Positions 36,801-48,293 are shown, counted from the stretch's first letter. The stretch is 64,000 bases of DNA from Aplysia californica (GCF_000002075.1 NW_004797313.1:70034-134033); one strand, 5' to 3'. Translations and numbers: made by a program. Notes: generated from the sequence alone by a model not told the origin.

Positions 36801-39800
36801 CCAAGGGATCTTTAAGGTGCGCAACTTGCACAAGGGCCCTCCATTCGATCTGTTAGTTTCTTCTCATGTGTTTTTGTTCGACTGGATTATAACTCTGTAA
36901 AGGTTATTGCTTTAGATATTTTGCTCTTCAGGGACTTTACTCATTTTTAGTCAGTAAAACATTAAAAATGTTATCTTTCAGATGGGTTCCAAACGAGGTC
37001 ATGACCCAGACGAGAGAGAGTGCTTGCTTCCCCTGCTAGGCAGCGGACCCAGTGCTAGTGGCCTGGGGTGTGGATATTACACAGTGGAGGAGTACCGTGA
37101 GATTCTGCGCTTTGCCAAAGCACGTCACATTGAGGTCATTCCTGAGATTGACATGCCTGGGCACAGCCATGCTGCAGTCAGGGCCATGAAAGTTCGCTAT
37201 GATCGACTGATGGCAAAGGTAGTTTCTTCTTATACTTTTTTTTGTGTAATTCTTTTTAGTTGTTCCATAATCTTTTGATTTTTTTTTGGTCTCTTTATGT
37301 CACTAAAGATGCACATAGTCCATTCTACTTGTAGAATAGTTTCACATCTTCTTGAACGCACGTTAGAATGAGGACATAAACAAACCTCCATAAGGGGAAA
37401 ATATTTTGACTAAAGGAAACTACCAGACAGGTTTTTTAAAGTAGCTTTTATGGCAATGATTGCAGTTCTATCTTAATTTCGGAATGTCAATATAAGTACC
37501 TGTACAAATGAGCACCTCCCACTCCTCGCAAATTTTTACATTATAATGATATTGCCCAAGACGAACACATGTCTACGACAACTACAGTAGAACTTGTCTA
37601 AGACAGAATCGTTAGGGAGTCAGAAAAAAAACAGGGGGAGGAGGGGGGGGGGGTTTAGAGGCCCAGCCAGTGGGATCAAGAGTCGCCTGCCCGGTCGGAA
37701 AGCATTAGTCAAATTTTAACCCCTCTCAAGAGCTATCCTAGTCTCTCTGATAATGGCATGCGTCAGTCCAACTTGTCTAGTGCCACCAGTACGTGCATCT
37801 CATTGGACCATTGTTTGACTTATTAAAAACAGAAAGGATTGTACATGTCCTTTGTTCCCACCCTTAGCCCCACCCATCGGTGTAATAAGCACAGTCAACC
37901 AATGCCACCCTTCCCGCACGTGTAACAACGATTCGAGGAACTTTTTTCCTGGCTATCTCCACAATCAGGGTGGCAGGCATTTATCAAATTAATTTCACAC
38001 CTCTGGCTACCCAGGAAAGTTTTAAGGCCACTCCTTAAAATTTTCCTGGGTAGCCAGAGGTAGCTTCGGCCAAGACTCTCTTCGACAATTTCAACTGCAT
38101 TTAAAAAGGAATTGGTTAGGGCTTTTGCTTTTTCATAATGAATGGTCCAGGAATGTTGGACTGGCTTGAATGAGTGTCTCAGCTGAAGCTACTGCTCTTT
38201 GGTATAAAACAGATGTGGACCAATGGCATAGGGACCACCTCTGTCTGTTCAAGCTGATTACTGTTTTATCAGTGTGCACTGGCCAGCCTGACTTCCACAC
38301 CCGACTAGTTGAGACAGTGAACTATTAAAAAATTCTTTTGCCTTGTTTCAGGATGAGAAGGCGGAGGCTGAAAAGTACTTACTCTGTGACCCAGGGGATG
38401 GCACTCCCAAGGCTTACTCAGTGCAGATGATAGCGGAGAACGCGATGAACCCTGCCCTCGAGTCGACCTACGCCTTCGTTGAAAAGGTTTGTCAGTGTAC
38501 TGAGAATTTTTTAGCCTTTTTTCTCAAATTTTCAAGCCCCCCACGCCTTTGAAGTAGTATGACTTTAGTTGCAGAATGCTACAATCACTCCTGCATGAAG
38601 TGCAATGTGTTGAGAGTGTTGTGGGATAAAAAATTCAGTTTTAAAAACGTGCACTTTGCTGTAGGTTTTCTCAGAGGCACATACATATAATGGCTCAGGG
38701 CTGAGGGCCAAAAGCTAAAAATGTGCAAGACTAGTGACAACAATAACAGTGCCTAAGGTTGGTTGGCAATACCCCCCCCCCCCCCCCCCCAATTGTTCCC
38801 TTTTCTTTCTCAGTTCCCTGTATTTTCTAGAACAATTCACAAGACTCTAACAGTAGATCCTACTCTTTTCTTATTCATCTGCCTTTCCCATCTTTTAACT
38901 TACTTTTTGCGTTCGCTTTTTGGTGGAAAGTGCGTCAGTGTAAATCTGTGTGAAGCAAGTCGGTTCATAGTCTCCGCGATGTTTGTCTTGAGTGTTGTTT
39001 TTGTCCCACAGTGCTCCTAAGGAGTGAAAACTATTCCCTCAGGTTATTGTGGAGTTGAAAAAGATGCACGAAGACATCCAGCCCCTCACGGTTTTTCATC
39101 TGGGTGGGGACGAGGTTCCTTACGAAGCCTGGGATGTCTCGCTGTCATGTGTGGCCCTGGTCGAGTCAGGAAAGGTGGAGGACATGGATGGTTTGATGGA
39201 GTATTTTGTGCTGCGGGTCGCTGAATTGGTACACAAGCATGGGTTAGAGCTCGGGGCGTGGCAGGATGGCATAGTGAGTACCATTTTTTTTTAAAATTAT
39301 TGTATGCAGTTATCAGGAATGCCATCGTCAGTGTGTGTGATTTTGGCCTAAGTCTGATTAAGGTCATGGGTAGTGGTGGGTGCTCTGATGTGGTTTGCTC
39401 TGCCTTTCCTATCACAAATCTATCGGCCTTTTCTCTCCTCTATGGGTGGTTGGCGGGTGCTCTTGTGTGGTTTGCACCTTCTTTCCTATCAAACACCTAT
39501 CATCCTTATCTCTCCTCCTTTTTTGTGCTCGTTACTCTCTTGTAACATATCTATTCTTCGGCACTTATATGACCTTATTGTGTTGCAAGTGCTGTAAAAC
39601 TCTTACTAAAACTAAACTTATCTCTTTTCCTTCTTTTCTTGGTATGTTACTCTCAAGTAACACCTAATCTTCAGCACTTCCATGACTTATTGAGTTGCAA
39701 ATACTGTAAAACTCTAGCTAACATGTTGACAATGGGGTTTTTCACTGTAAGCTGCTACATAACTCCTGTTATTGACACTCAATACTAGCAACTTGAAAGC

Positions 39801-42800
39801 AAAAACAAAGCAGTTTGTCCCTTTTTTATGTCTTATTGTCACGAAGTACAGATTTTTGGGGGTTTTTTTTATTTCTTGTTTAAGGCAACAAAGTACTTCT
39901 ATCTATCATATCCTCTAATAGGTTATAACTTCTATGGAAAATATATCCTGATACTTGTAAAAGGATAGTCCCTTGATTATTTCTTGTCACAGGTAATAAA
40001 AAGAATCCCCCTGATGTTTCCTTGTTGCAGGTAATGAAAAACAAAGGGCCCTACAACCGCAAAAAGTTCCCGAACCGAAGAGTGCTGGTTCACTTTTGGA
40101 GGAATGCCTGGGAGACTGGACAAGCCTTCGATGCCTTCAAGTTGGCCAATGATGATTATGAGGTAGATAGGCAGGCTTTGCTAGAAGAGGGGTGTGCATA
40201 TTTCTTAATTGGGTCAAAAGTTCATTTTTCTTGTTTTCTTTCAGGTGTTGTGCTTTGTTTATACGGTCACACCTGCTCTAATAGCCATCTGTCTAAGACA
40301 ATCACCTGCACAAATGACCACTTCCCACTTCTCCCTTTGGGTTTTTTCTTATTCTTTATTATAATGACACTGTCCTGGATGTCCTCCTATCTGAGACAAC
40401 CACTTTTGTCCTCGACAATGGGTGGACGTATTGGACAATTTCAACTGTATTTGAGTTATGGATGACTGGAGGGCACTTAGATGTGACTGCTCCTACATTT
40501 TTTCTATATTGCTTTTAGATTAATCTCTACCTTTTCTGAACTTAATAACCAGTGCAATGGTTAGAGGATGCCCTCGTAGGTTCTTCTTCCAGGCAGTACT
40601 TTTGTTGCTTCAATCTATCTTACATGTCTGTGCATGACCATTACTGTATTGACATGCTATACATCAACTCAATAAGAAGCAGAGGCTAAATGACTGTTGT
40701 CTTGTTGATGAGTTTAATCAATCTAAAATTGCCCTCAAATGGAGTGACCGCGACAAGCTTCTCTTTTATTTAAAGACTTATTCTGACTAAATAACCTTTA
40801 TGGTACCGTCGAACCTGCTCTAATGGCCACTTGTCTGTACTACCGACCACTTCCCACTTCCACTTGCACTTAAAAAAGAATAATTAAAACAACACTGTTT
40901 GAGACATTCACCTGTCTAAGTCAAACTCTTTTCCCCTTGACAATTGGTGGCTGTCTTGGACAATTTCAACTGTTTTGACGTTCCACTTATTAACTTGAAA
41001 ACATGTGGAGACTTAATGATCTTTATTTTTTAGGTGTTTTGTTTTCTTTTTAAAAAACCTCAAACTTAAGGACTGTTATCATGTCGACAAGCTTCTCTTT
41101 AACTGAAAAGCTAAACCTGATAAAGTTACCTTTATTATTTTGATGTCCTTCTTTTTATCTCAAAATCTGACCCATCCTTAAGACGGATCTGCCATTGGCT
41201 GACAAAACGCCTTTTTTTTATTCACAGTGTAGTAGTTTCAAGAAAAAGGGCATTTTCTCTGAGTAACCATTAAAGAAAAGGCGTTCTTCCGAAATTTGAA
41301 TTCTAATTTATTCAAAAACTAGTCTCAATTTCACTTTGATTTTTTCACACAATTGGGGTAACTGGTCAGGCTGTTGATTTAACAAAAATTTTGCTCCAAA
41401 AATGAAAGAAGGCGTTGGCAGCTGGCAGCAGTGATGTGATGTTATCAATTGTCAGTGTGCTTCTGTATAACTCAAAAATAATCTTGATTATTTTCATCAT
41501 GTTGATGTGGCCCTCTTTTCATTCATCAAACGAGTAGAACAAAAAATTGTTTTGGTGTCTGTCTCTTAGGTGATCCTGTCCCCGGGCACTCACCTGTACT
41601 TTGACCACCCTTATGAGCCGGACCCTGAAGAGAGAGGGCTGTTCTGGGCCTGCAGGTGGGTTAACCATTATGGGTTGTTTTGGGTTTTTTTCTTCCTTCT
41701 GTGGCCAGTCAGATGTTCTCATTTACAATATCACTTTTTTAGTTTTCTTGTATTTTTTAATAACTGAACCTACATCAAAGTGTTATATGTGTCAAGACGC
41801 GGTGGAATCAGGCACTCGTCAATTTTTGGGCATATAGAACTATTAATACAATCTTAAAACTTGTTTACTTCTCCTGCATTTGGCGAAAAAAATACCCCTC
41901 TATCTTGAATTGAAGTCAAGATATTTGCGATTGAAGGTGGTGGGGTCGCCTGGTATGAGAGGTAAAACTAGCGAGAAAAGTTTGGTACCCTCCCTCCAAA
42001 GCTTGAGAGTCCTTTGGAACTGGAAATTTACTTTTTTCGTACCTTTAATGAACATTTTTCAGTGACATTTGCTGAGAAATGTGTTTTTAAAAGGACATAT
42101 GAGGTGTAGAGCCAAAAATAGAAAATATTTTTTTTAATTACCCAAAATCCAGAAATATGCCATTTTCTTTGATTTCATTGTTTTGACGAGCACCTGATTT
42201 CACCACGTAGCCTCACATATGAAAAACATACGCTTAAAAAAAAAATTATATTCACTTTTTCAGACATGCATTTTCTTCAGAACACTTATTTGAAAAAAAA
42301 CAACAACAAAAGACCTCAATGAGTGTGAATGCACATAAATGTTTTAATCTTTAAGCAGCTTTCAATGGAACCTGATACCTGGGTCTCAAGAACTAACATG
42401 TCATGAAATCTTCAGGCTTGTTTGTTGCAGGTGGAGTGTTTCTAGTACAAGGATGATAAAGTACTCTAAGTTGACAGTTTTAAAGACTTAAAAAGGAAAT
42501 TCTATTTGGCTTATAGTCTATAGTTCTGTTTTTACTCCAAAATGGGTATTTGTTGCCCCTCCACAGTGAACAATTTCTAAAATATTGCAGAATCAGTTTT
42601 CTTTTTACTGCCTTTTATCACATGGGTGGATATAGAGGTCAGATCTATTGATTTTTCATGTGCAAGAATGTCTTTTCTTTAGAATGACCACACAAATCCC
42701 TTTATTTCTTACATGGATATTGTCCTATATATATACATACAGGTTTGTGGACACACGCAAGGTCTTCAGCTTTGCCCCTGACAATCTCATGTCTAATGCT

Positions 42801-45800
42801 GACGTGAAATTGACTGGTGAAAAGATGACCAAAAATGACCGCAAGATGCTGCAGTTGGAATATTTCACAACACTGAAAAAGCCACAGAACATCAAAGGTA
42901 ATAGGAGGACTGCGAGGATGACATTAGGAAAGGAACTTTCATTCTTAGCCGTTAGGACAAGGGAGCTGCAATGAACAAGTTGCTATTGAGCTCAAGCTCC
43001 TAAATAGTGTCAGTGTTGGTGACAAAGTATAAATAAATAAATAAATAAATTGCATTTATATAGCGTATTTGCACAAAGAAGTGCTCTATGCGCTGTACAA
43101 TAATGCAAAGAACATATGCAGCACACAGCTTCTATAGTAATCCTCTTTCTCTCTCTCACTCTGTCTCTGTCTCTCTCTCTCTCTCTTCAGTACATCCTTG
43201 AGTAAAGACAATCCCACAAAACTTACCCATACACCCTTGCACTCATTGATTTATTCACACAGTCATAAATTCTTACAGAACAGCATGAATAAACGATACT
43301 GAGAGAACATAATAGATACTGAGAGAACATAATAAGCATTTAACTTTCAAGTGGATGTGTCCTTGTGAAGGCTTCAGTAACCCTAACCAAAAATACAGAG
43401 CACTTCACTGTCGTCTGCATTGCGATATTATGTTTATCATGACATTGCTATACGTACTAAAAATTTTTGTATGCGTGCAGATCAATAAACTGGTATTATA
43501 TCTATCTTCATTTATTTTTATAAGAAGTTAAAGGATGTGATTAGCTAGCTGCTTCTTCCCAGCTATCTGTCCTTGCCCCCCCCCCCCCCCCTCCTACTTT
43601 GCTTTCAAGTATGCTCTGTTTGGCACTGGATTATGGACAGGCTTGAAGTACTTGAGCTAGAGTCCAATCTGACTGATCGTGAATAGTTCTCCTTCGTCAA
43701 AATGTGTGCTTGTTTTGGGTTGTTGTTTTTGGTAAGTGTTTTATGGCTCTCGCAACTGCGGAGGGTCATATGAGCACACAGGATGTATGCATTTTCTTCA
43801 GGTGGAGTAAAGAAGCCTATGATTAGTGGGAAGAAAGCCAATGATTTTGACTTTTTATTTGTTTAGCTGCCTGATAAGGTCACAGTAAGGGGAAACAGTC
43901 CCCATGTTCATGTTGCCTGGGCCTCTCACCAAGAAAAGTAAATTGATTATTAAGAGTAAATCGTCAAATATAATCATGTCACTCCTCATGCTCGGATCTC
44001 TTTATTTTTTTCTGCAGGTCTTCAAGGACAGATCTGGACCGAACTTGTCCGTACACCATCTCAGTTCCACGAAATGATCTTTCCCCGGCTTATCGCGCTG
44101 GCAGAGCGGGCATGGCATCGGTGTGACTGGGAGGACCAGGATTACGAGAAGAGGACGGGTGACGTGGAGGCGGATTGGTCCCGTTTTGCCCACTCCTTAG
44201 GACACAAGGAACTGTACCGACTGGAGAGTTCACAAGTGCCTTATCACATCCCTCCGCCAGGAGCCAGGTATGGGATGTGCGCTTAGTAAGGGGGGAACTT
44301 TATCTTTACAAAAGATTTATATTTATTTCCTTCTGTCTTTTTCACAATGTCCTTACAGCTAGACCTCAGTCTTTTCAGTCCTACATGGACTCTCATCTTG
44401 GTCTCTTCTGAGCTTATTCTTTTGTCCATCATCCCCGGGTGTTAATTACGAGTTGCTTGCTTTTTCTAATAATGTAAAAGCACAAAAGCAATGCACTAAT
44501 ATTCGCTCTGCTGTTCTTGACTGTTATGCCCTCTTCAAAATGCAGACATTTGGAGAGCACCACTTGTAGGTCCTACTTCTTTTTTGTTTATCTATCTGCC
44601 TTGGGTTTTTTTCCCAAACACTAAATTATGATTAAAGTGGCTGTAATTGTGTAAGTATGCTTCTCTCTTGACCAGGAAAAGGTTTTTCCATCTGCCGTAT
44701 ATCATAGCATATAGTACACCTTTTTTAACCTAAAATTCAGAGTTTCAAAGTCACCCTGTGTCTTATCCAGGAGATACAAATTAGACCCAAACGGCCCAGT
44801 GGAAGCCAACTAAAAGGATAGACTCTATGGATCAGGTAAAAATCAATTAAATAAAATCTGGACATTACCACTTTGAAAAAAAATGTGTGCTTCATGCCTC
44901 AAAATAGGCTGCTAGCAAAAAAGAGGTAAGTGCAACAAAAAAAAATGGGGTTTGTTTTGTTTAAAAGTATGGTTTGTTGATAATAATAGAAGTCCACTAA
45001 CAAAAGTGATGGTGCTTGCCATAAAAAAGTTGGTATCAGATGTACGTAGGATTTACATGCACTTTTACCATTCCTGTACAGCCACAGAAAATTTCCAACA
45101 GGGACAATACAGTGTTATCTTATCTCATCTCACCTTATCTGATCATATCTCCTATCTTATTTTATCTTAGCTTTTGAATCCCCGCTTATCTTATCTTTAT
45201 ACCAGACTTTTGGCTCTCTAGTCTACCTGTGTCTTATCTGTGTATGCATCCTACACGCAATGATATACAGTATCTTCCTTCTTTTCTCTTGCTTTTGTTC
45301 ATCTAATGTATTATTATTATGATAAATGCCTCCAGAATCACCGGTGATGGTCAGTTGGAGCTGCGGAGCTGCTATCCGGGTCAGCCTCTGTCTTACTCAC
45401 TGGACAATGGTCAAACATGGCAGGAGTACAGCACACCTACTGATGTAGCCGCTTGTGAGGAGGTGCTAGCCAGAGTGAGGTGAGTAAGCCCACAAGAATG
45501 TATACACTCACAAATACATGCTCACATGTGCACGCATACTCACANNNNNNNNNNNNNNNNNNNNNNNNNNNNNNNNNNNNNNNNNNNNNNNNNNNNNNNN
45601 NNNNNNNNNNNNNNNNNNNNNNNNNNNNNNNNNNNNNNNNNNNNNNNNNNNNNNNNNNNNNNNNNNNNNNNNNNNNNNNNNNNNNNNNNNNNNNNNNNNN
45701 NNNNNNNNNNNNNGTAGAATGCTTGCAAACGAATTTACAAAACTCATTTATTCATATATGCGACTCCTTTTCACANNNNNNNNNNNNNNNNNNNNNNNNN

Positions 45801-46073
45801 NNNNNNNNNNNNNNNNNNNNNNNNNNNNNNNNNNNNNNNNNNNNNNNNNNNNNNNNNNNNNNNNNNNNNNNNNNNNNNNNNNNNNNNNNNNNNNNNNNNN
45901 NNNNNNNNNNNNNACAAGCTCTAGTATATATTTAAAGTTTGTTTTAAGGAACATCCTTTCTTCTATTTTGCTTTCACACACACACTAACAGTAACACACA
46001 CATTTATTTATACATTTATTTTTTCAGTTCTCACGATGGCCAACACGAAGGAACAACATCCTTTCTTCTATTT

Positions 46074-46141
<68 letters not shown>

Positions 46142-46272
46142 CTCTCTCACACACACACCCTCACATTTATTTATAAATTAATTTTTTCAGTTCTCACAAT
46201 GGCCGATCCCACAGTCGCTGTGTCAAAGTGTCTGTCAAGTCTTACACCGATAGTGATGAGCAGGAGAGTTGA
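30763..46272 (+). CDS. GH20 beta-N-acetylhexosaminidase, chitobiase-type (CHB_HEX + GH20b + GH20 catalytic + CHB_HEX_C), 13 coding exons, ~891 aa
   Basis: Exons 30763-30846, 31750-32422, 33604-33776, 34221-34514, 36982-37218, 38352-38486, 39043-39273, 40031-40162, 41570-41655, 42743-42897, 44018-44267, 45336-45479, 46191-46272. All GT-AG, phases consistent, 2676 nt. Motifs DTPRFPYRGMHVDISRNF, KLNKFHFHLTDDEGWRLEIPGL, IPEIDMPGH, HLGGDE, AWQDG, LYFDHPYEPDPEERG, GQIWTE, IFPRLIALAERAW, YSLDNGQTW. Confidence 0.93.
30938..31064. mobile_element. Second copy of the telomere-like-core MITE
   Basis: cttttt|gggaaggacttccgtaacgagtgaccac ... gtggtcgctcgttacggaagtcctccc|cttttt. Confidence 0.8.
31128..31370 (+). 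mobile_element. SINE-like repeat family B, second copy
   Basis: Collinear with 3357-3603. Confidence 0.75.
31750..32422 (+). CDS. Hexosaminidase coding exon 2 (CHB_HEX carbohydrate-binding domain and linker)
   Basis: ITLTN...WRIFFCHLR...HLNGSIFSLSP...TDILPNWY...VVPTP. Confidence 0.9.
32736..33331 (-). mobile_element. 5'-truncated non-LTR retrotransposon (I/Ingi/Nimb-like; RNase H C-terminus + zinc-knuckle region)
   Basis: ORF 32774-33319: LQWIPAHTGIPGNERADALAK, QLRTQH..LN.HL, CPLC...ETVEHHLFFC. (AAC)n tail. 12-bp TSD gtc(g/a)aatgactt at 32724-32735 and 33332-33343. Confidence 0.9.
33604..33776 (+). CDS. Hexosaminidase coding exon 3 (GH20b domain)
   Basis: ...SESYEISVD..., donor GTAAGA, phase 1 in and 0 out. 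Confidence 0.87.
34221..34514 (+). CDS. Hexosaminidase coding exon 4
   Basis: GAFYGIQSL...PRFPYRG...HLTDDEGWRLEI. Confidence 0.93.
35034..36569 (+). mobile_element. MITE family A copy, split by a TTAA insertion
   Basis: 35034-35105 plus 36200-36569 reconstitute a copy collinear with 41785-42220. Confidence 0.78.
35106..36195. mobile_element. Non-autonomous piggyBac-like element (TTAA TSD, perfect 13-bp TIR)
   Basis: TTAA|ctcttcatgtccg ... cggacatgaagag|TTAA. Confidence 0.85.
36664..36840 (-). mobile_element. SINE fragment with Nin/Deu-like core and poly(A) tail
   Basis: Minus strand gttgcgcaccttaaagatcccttgg...taagagtagg, then gctcatatgacctatgcagttgcgagcgccgt + A-run; same tail as family B. 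Confidence 0.55.
36982..37218 (+). CDS. Hexosaminidase coding exon 5
   Basis: GYYTVEEYREIL...HIEVIPEIDMPGH. Confidence 0.93.
37999..38061. repeat. 63-nt near-perfect hairpin (29-bp stem, 5-nt loop)
   Basis: acctctggctacccaggaaagttttaagg-ccact-ccttaaaattttcctgggtagccagaggt; a single G:T pair. Confidence 0.9.
38352..38486 (+). CDS. Hexosaminidase coding exon 6
   Basis: YLLCDPGD...SVQ...MNPALESTYAFVEK. Confidence 0.9.
39043..39273 (+). CDS. Hexosaminidase coding exon 7 (catalytic Asp-Glu pair)
   Basis: FHLGGDEV...GAWQDG, donor GTGAGT. Confidence 0.93.
39372..39720 (+). mobile_element. Repeat family C with internal partial duplications
   Basis: Head motif repeated at ~39378 and ~39455; tail motif at ~39560 and ~39670. 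Confidence 0.7.
40031..40162 (+). CDS. Hexosaminidase coding exon 8
   Basis: VHFWRNAWETG...LANDDYE. Confidence 0.9.
41570..41655 (+). CDS. Hexosaminidase coding exon 9
   Basis: VILSPGTHLYFDHPYEPDPEERGLFWAC. Confidence 0.92.
41785..42220 (+). mobile_element. MITE family A, full copy
   Basis: Same TIRs and body as 276-713. Confidence 0.8.
42743..42897 (+). CDS. Hexosaminidase coding exon 10
   Basis: FVDTRKVFSFAPDNLMSNA...KPQNIK. Confidence 0.9.
44018..44267 (+). CDS. Hexosaminidase coding exon 11
   Basis: GLQGQIWTELVRT...MIFPRLIALAERAWH...YHIPPPGA. Confidence 0.92.
45336..45479 (+). CDS. Hexosaminidase coding exon 12 (CHB_HEX_C domain)
   Basis: GQLELRSCYPGQPLSYSLDNGQTWQEY, donor GTGAGT. 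Confidence 0.88.
46080..46158. repeat. (CA)n/(CT)n microsatellite
   Basis: Read directly from the sequence. Confidence 0.95.
46191..46272 (+). CDS. Hexosaminidase terminal coding exon
   Basis: SHNGRSHSRCVKV...QES*; resembles the S.DG.R.SR...V end of chitobiases. Confidence 0.78.
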
Positions 46273-46747
46273 GTGAGACCTCGATTTACGGCTTCTACCT
46301 GGATTTGGACAGCGCGAACACTCAGGACTATTTGAATGTTTTCTTCTTCTGTATACAATGTTATGACGTTTTGGAAAAAAGACGAGTATAAATGTTCGCT
46401 AAAATGAAATCCCCATTTTTATATATTCTGAGGGTTTTCGTCTTTTGTTGGGTTAGTGCGAGCCTACAGTTATTTCAAATTTGTATTGTAAAAAAGATTT
46501 TGAGATAATATACCTGAAAGTGTCTTAATTTTAATTTTTTATTTCCTGATTTATTCCATTGTAAACTAATTTTAGGTTTGATAACTTATTGCAAACTGAG
46601 GAACTTATTCCAGAACATTTCTTACTGTCGCACTTGTTAAAGTTTCAGGGTTTTCTAGTGAGAATCACAAATTTCCCCTCTGCTTTCTGACTAGCAGCAT
46701 GAGAAGCTATGATATCTCATATTTTTTTCAACCCACTGTCTATGACT

Positions 46748-47436
46748 CAGTGATCATAATCTTCCACAGATTCCCAGAAATCTGAGATTTTCAGTCTTCT
46801 CCGCTTTTTCCCTCCCAGTTCCTCCTTTCCGTGAGTCGCGTGGTTCGCACAAATTATCATCCGCTTATCGCCAATACAGTGCCTAGCGGTCAGCCAGCGC
46901 AATCCGCCGGTGTATGCGATACTTGAATTTCACAGCGATTTCGTCATCGCCAAACTGCTAGAGACTGCAATGTTAGTGTGGGTTCACATGCATGAGCCCT
47001 CCAGAAAGCGTTCATCACCATGAAGTATGATGAAGGAACTGACAAAATTGGACGTTCTCAGAATACAAGAAATTGATTTGAAAATCAAAAACAAATTTAG
47101 ATTTTTGTGGCTAGAGGAAAGTTTGACCACAGAATCAAAGAAAGGTGACAAGAATATTATTTGTGTTGGTGATTCTATTGATAAAGTGGACACCACCAAG
47201 GGGTCTCCTCATAAGAGGCAGAAGTAGAAGTTCCTCCAATACTACTCGATCTAAGCCCATTAAGCTGTTTTCCCTGTCCTCAAAGGATGTTAATTGTTAA
47301 TTACAAGATTTCTTTTGAAACTGAAATAGATGTTAATAATTTTTATGGGTGTGGTAGGATCTCGTGATTTTATTTGGCGGGTTTGGTGCTTCTGTCTATT
47401 TTCCTCCTTTTTGACTTTTGCTCGTAATGATCACTG
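46748..47436 (+). mobile_element. Internally deleted hAT-like DNA transposon with 6-bp TSD and a possible transposase N-terminal remnant
   Basis: atgact|cagtgatcat ... atgatcactg|atgact. Internal ORF 47027-47227 (EIDLKIKNKFRFLWLEE...VGDSIDKVDT) resembles the start of invertebrate hAT-type zinc-finger transposases (recalled, unverified). Confidence 0.65.
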
Positions 47437-48293
47437 ATGACTGTGTGTCACAAATTAACGGACTTGCGAATACATATCTTTCATATTGATCATCTTCTCT
47501 TGTTACCTATCAGAACGATATTGATGAAGCTGAAGTTTTCAATTTGTTATTAATTGATATTGTTTTTATCACTCTGTGATCGTCTGTTTTGCCACTCCCA
47601 TCAGACTTGGGGCATGGAAAAATAATTATAATGATAGCTGATTACATTTTATGCAAACATCAGAGAGCTTTTCTTAAGAAATCGCTATTGCAGCAATATT
47701 ATTTTCAATTTATGTGTGCTTAATGTTAAGATCCCCTCCCACAATCCCCTTCTTGAAAATGAATTAAGAGTGTTTTATTTTAGTGTTGGTTGGTTATTTT
47801 TGTCCACCAGATATTTCACTTGTTTTGTGAATTACAGACTACTTAAAGTTTTTTCAAACTCTACATCTGGCTTCAGTGCACATTCTGTCACACTTTTTAC
47901 AGTGGGCAATGCTATTTCACGTGGTGGTTTGTCTTTGTTATTAAGGTATCAAAACTGTTTACATTGTGTGGTGTTAAATTAATGTGCATTTTATTGTTCT
48001 TTTTTTGTGTGTGTTGCTTGAAAGTATTTGTTTCACTTCACACTGCCTTGTCTTAGCATGTGAACCTGCTGGTCTCTCCCAGTGTAGCATTATATTGCAT
48101 GATTTCCATCGTTGCACTTTTTTAGTGTGTTATTGTAAATGAAATACGTGTTTGAAAACTACTTTAAATTGTGTCCCTGTAAATATTCCCCCCCCACACC
48201 CCCTGCCTTGTTTCAGATGAGATGAGATCAATTTTGTGAATTCTCCATTGAAGAAATCGGCAGTGCGTTTTCATCTGTCATTGATTCAAAGTA

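Noticed and set aside
30763-46272. Bacterial contamination as the source of the chitobiase-like sequence
   Set aside because: It has twelve phase-consistent spliceosomal introns containing host repeats.
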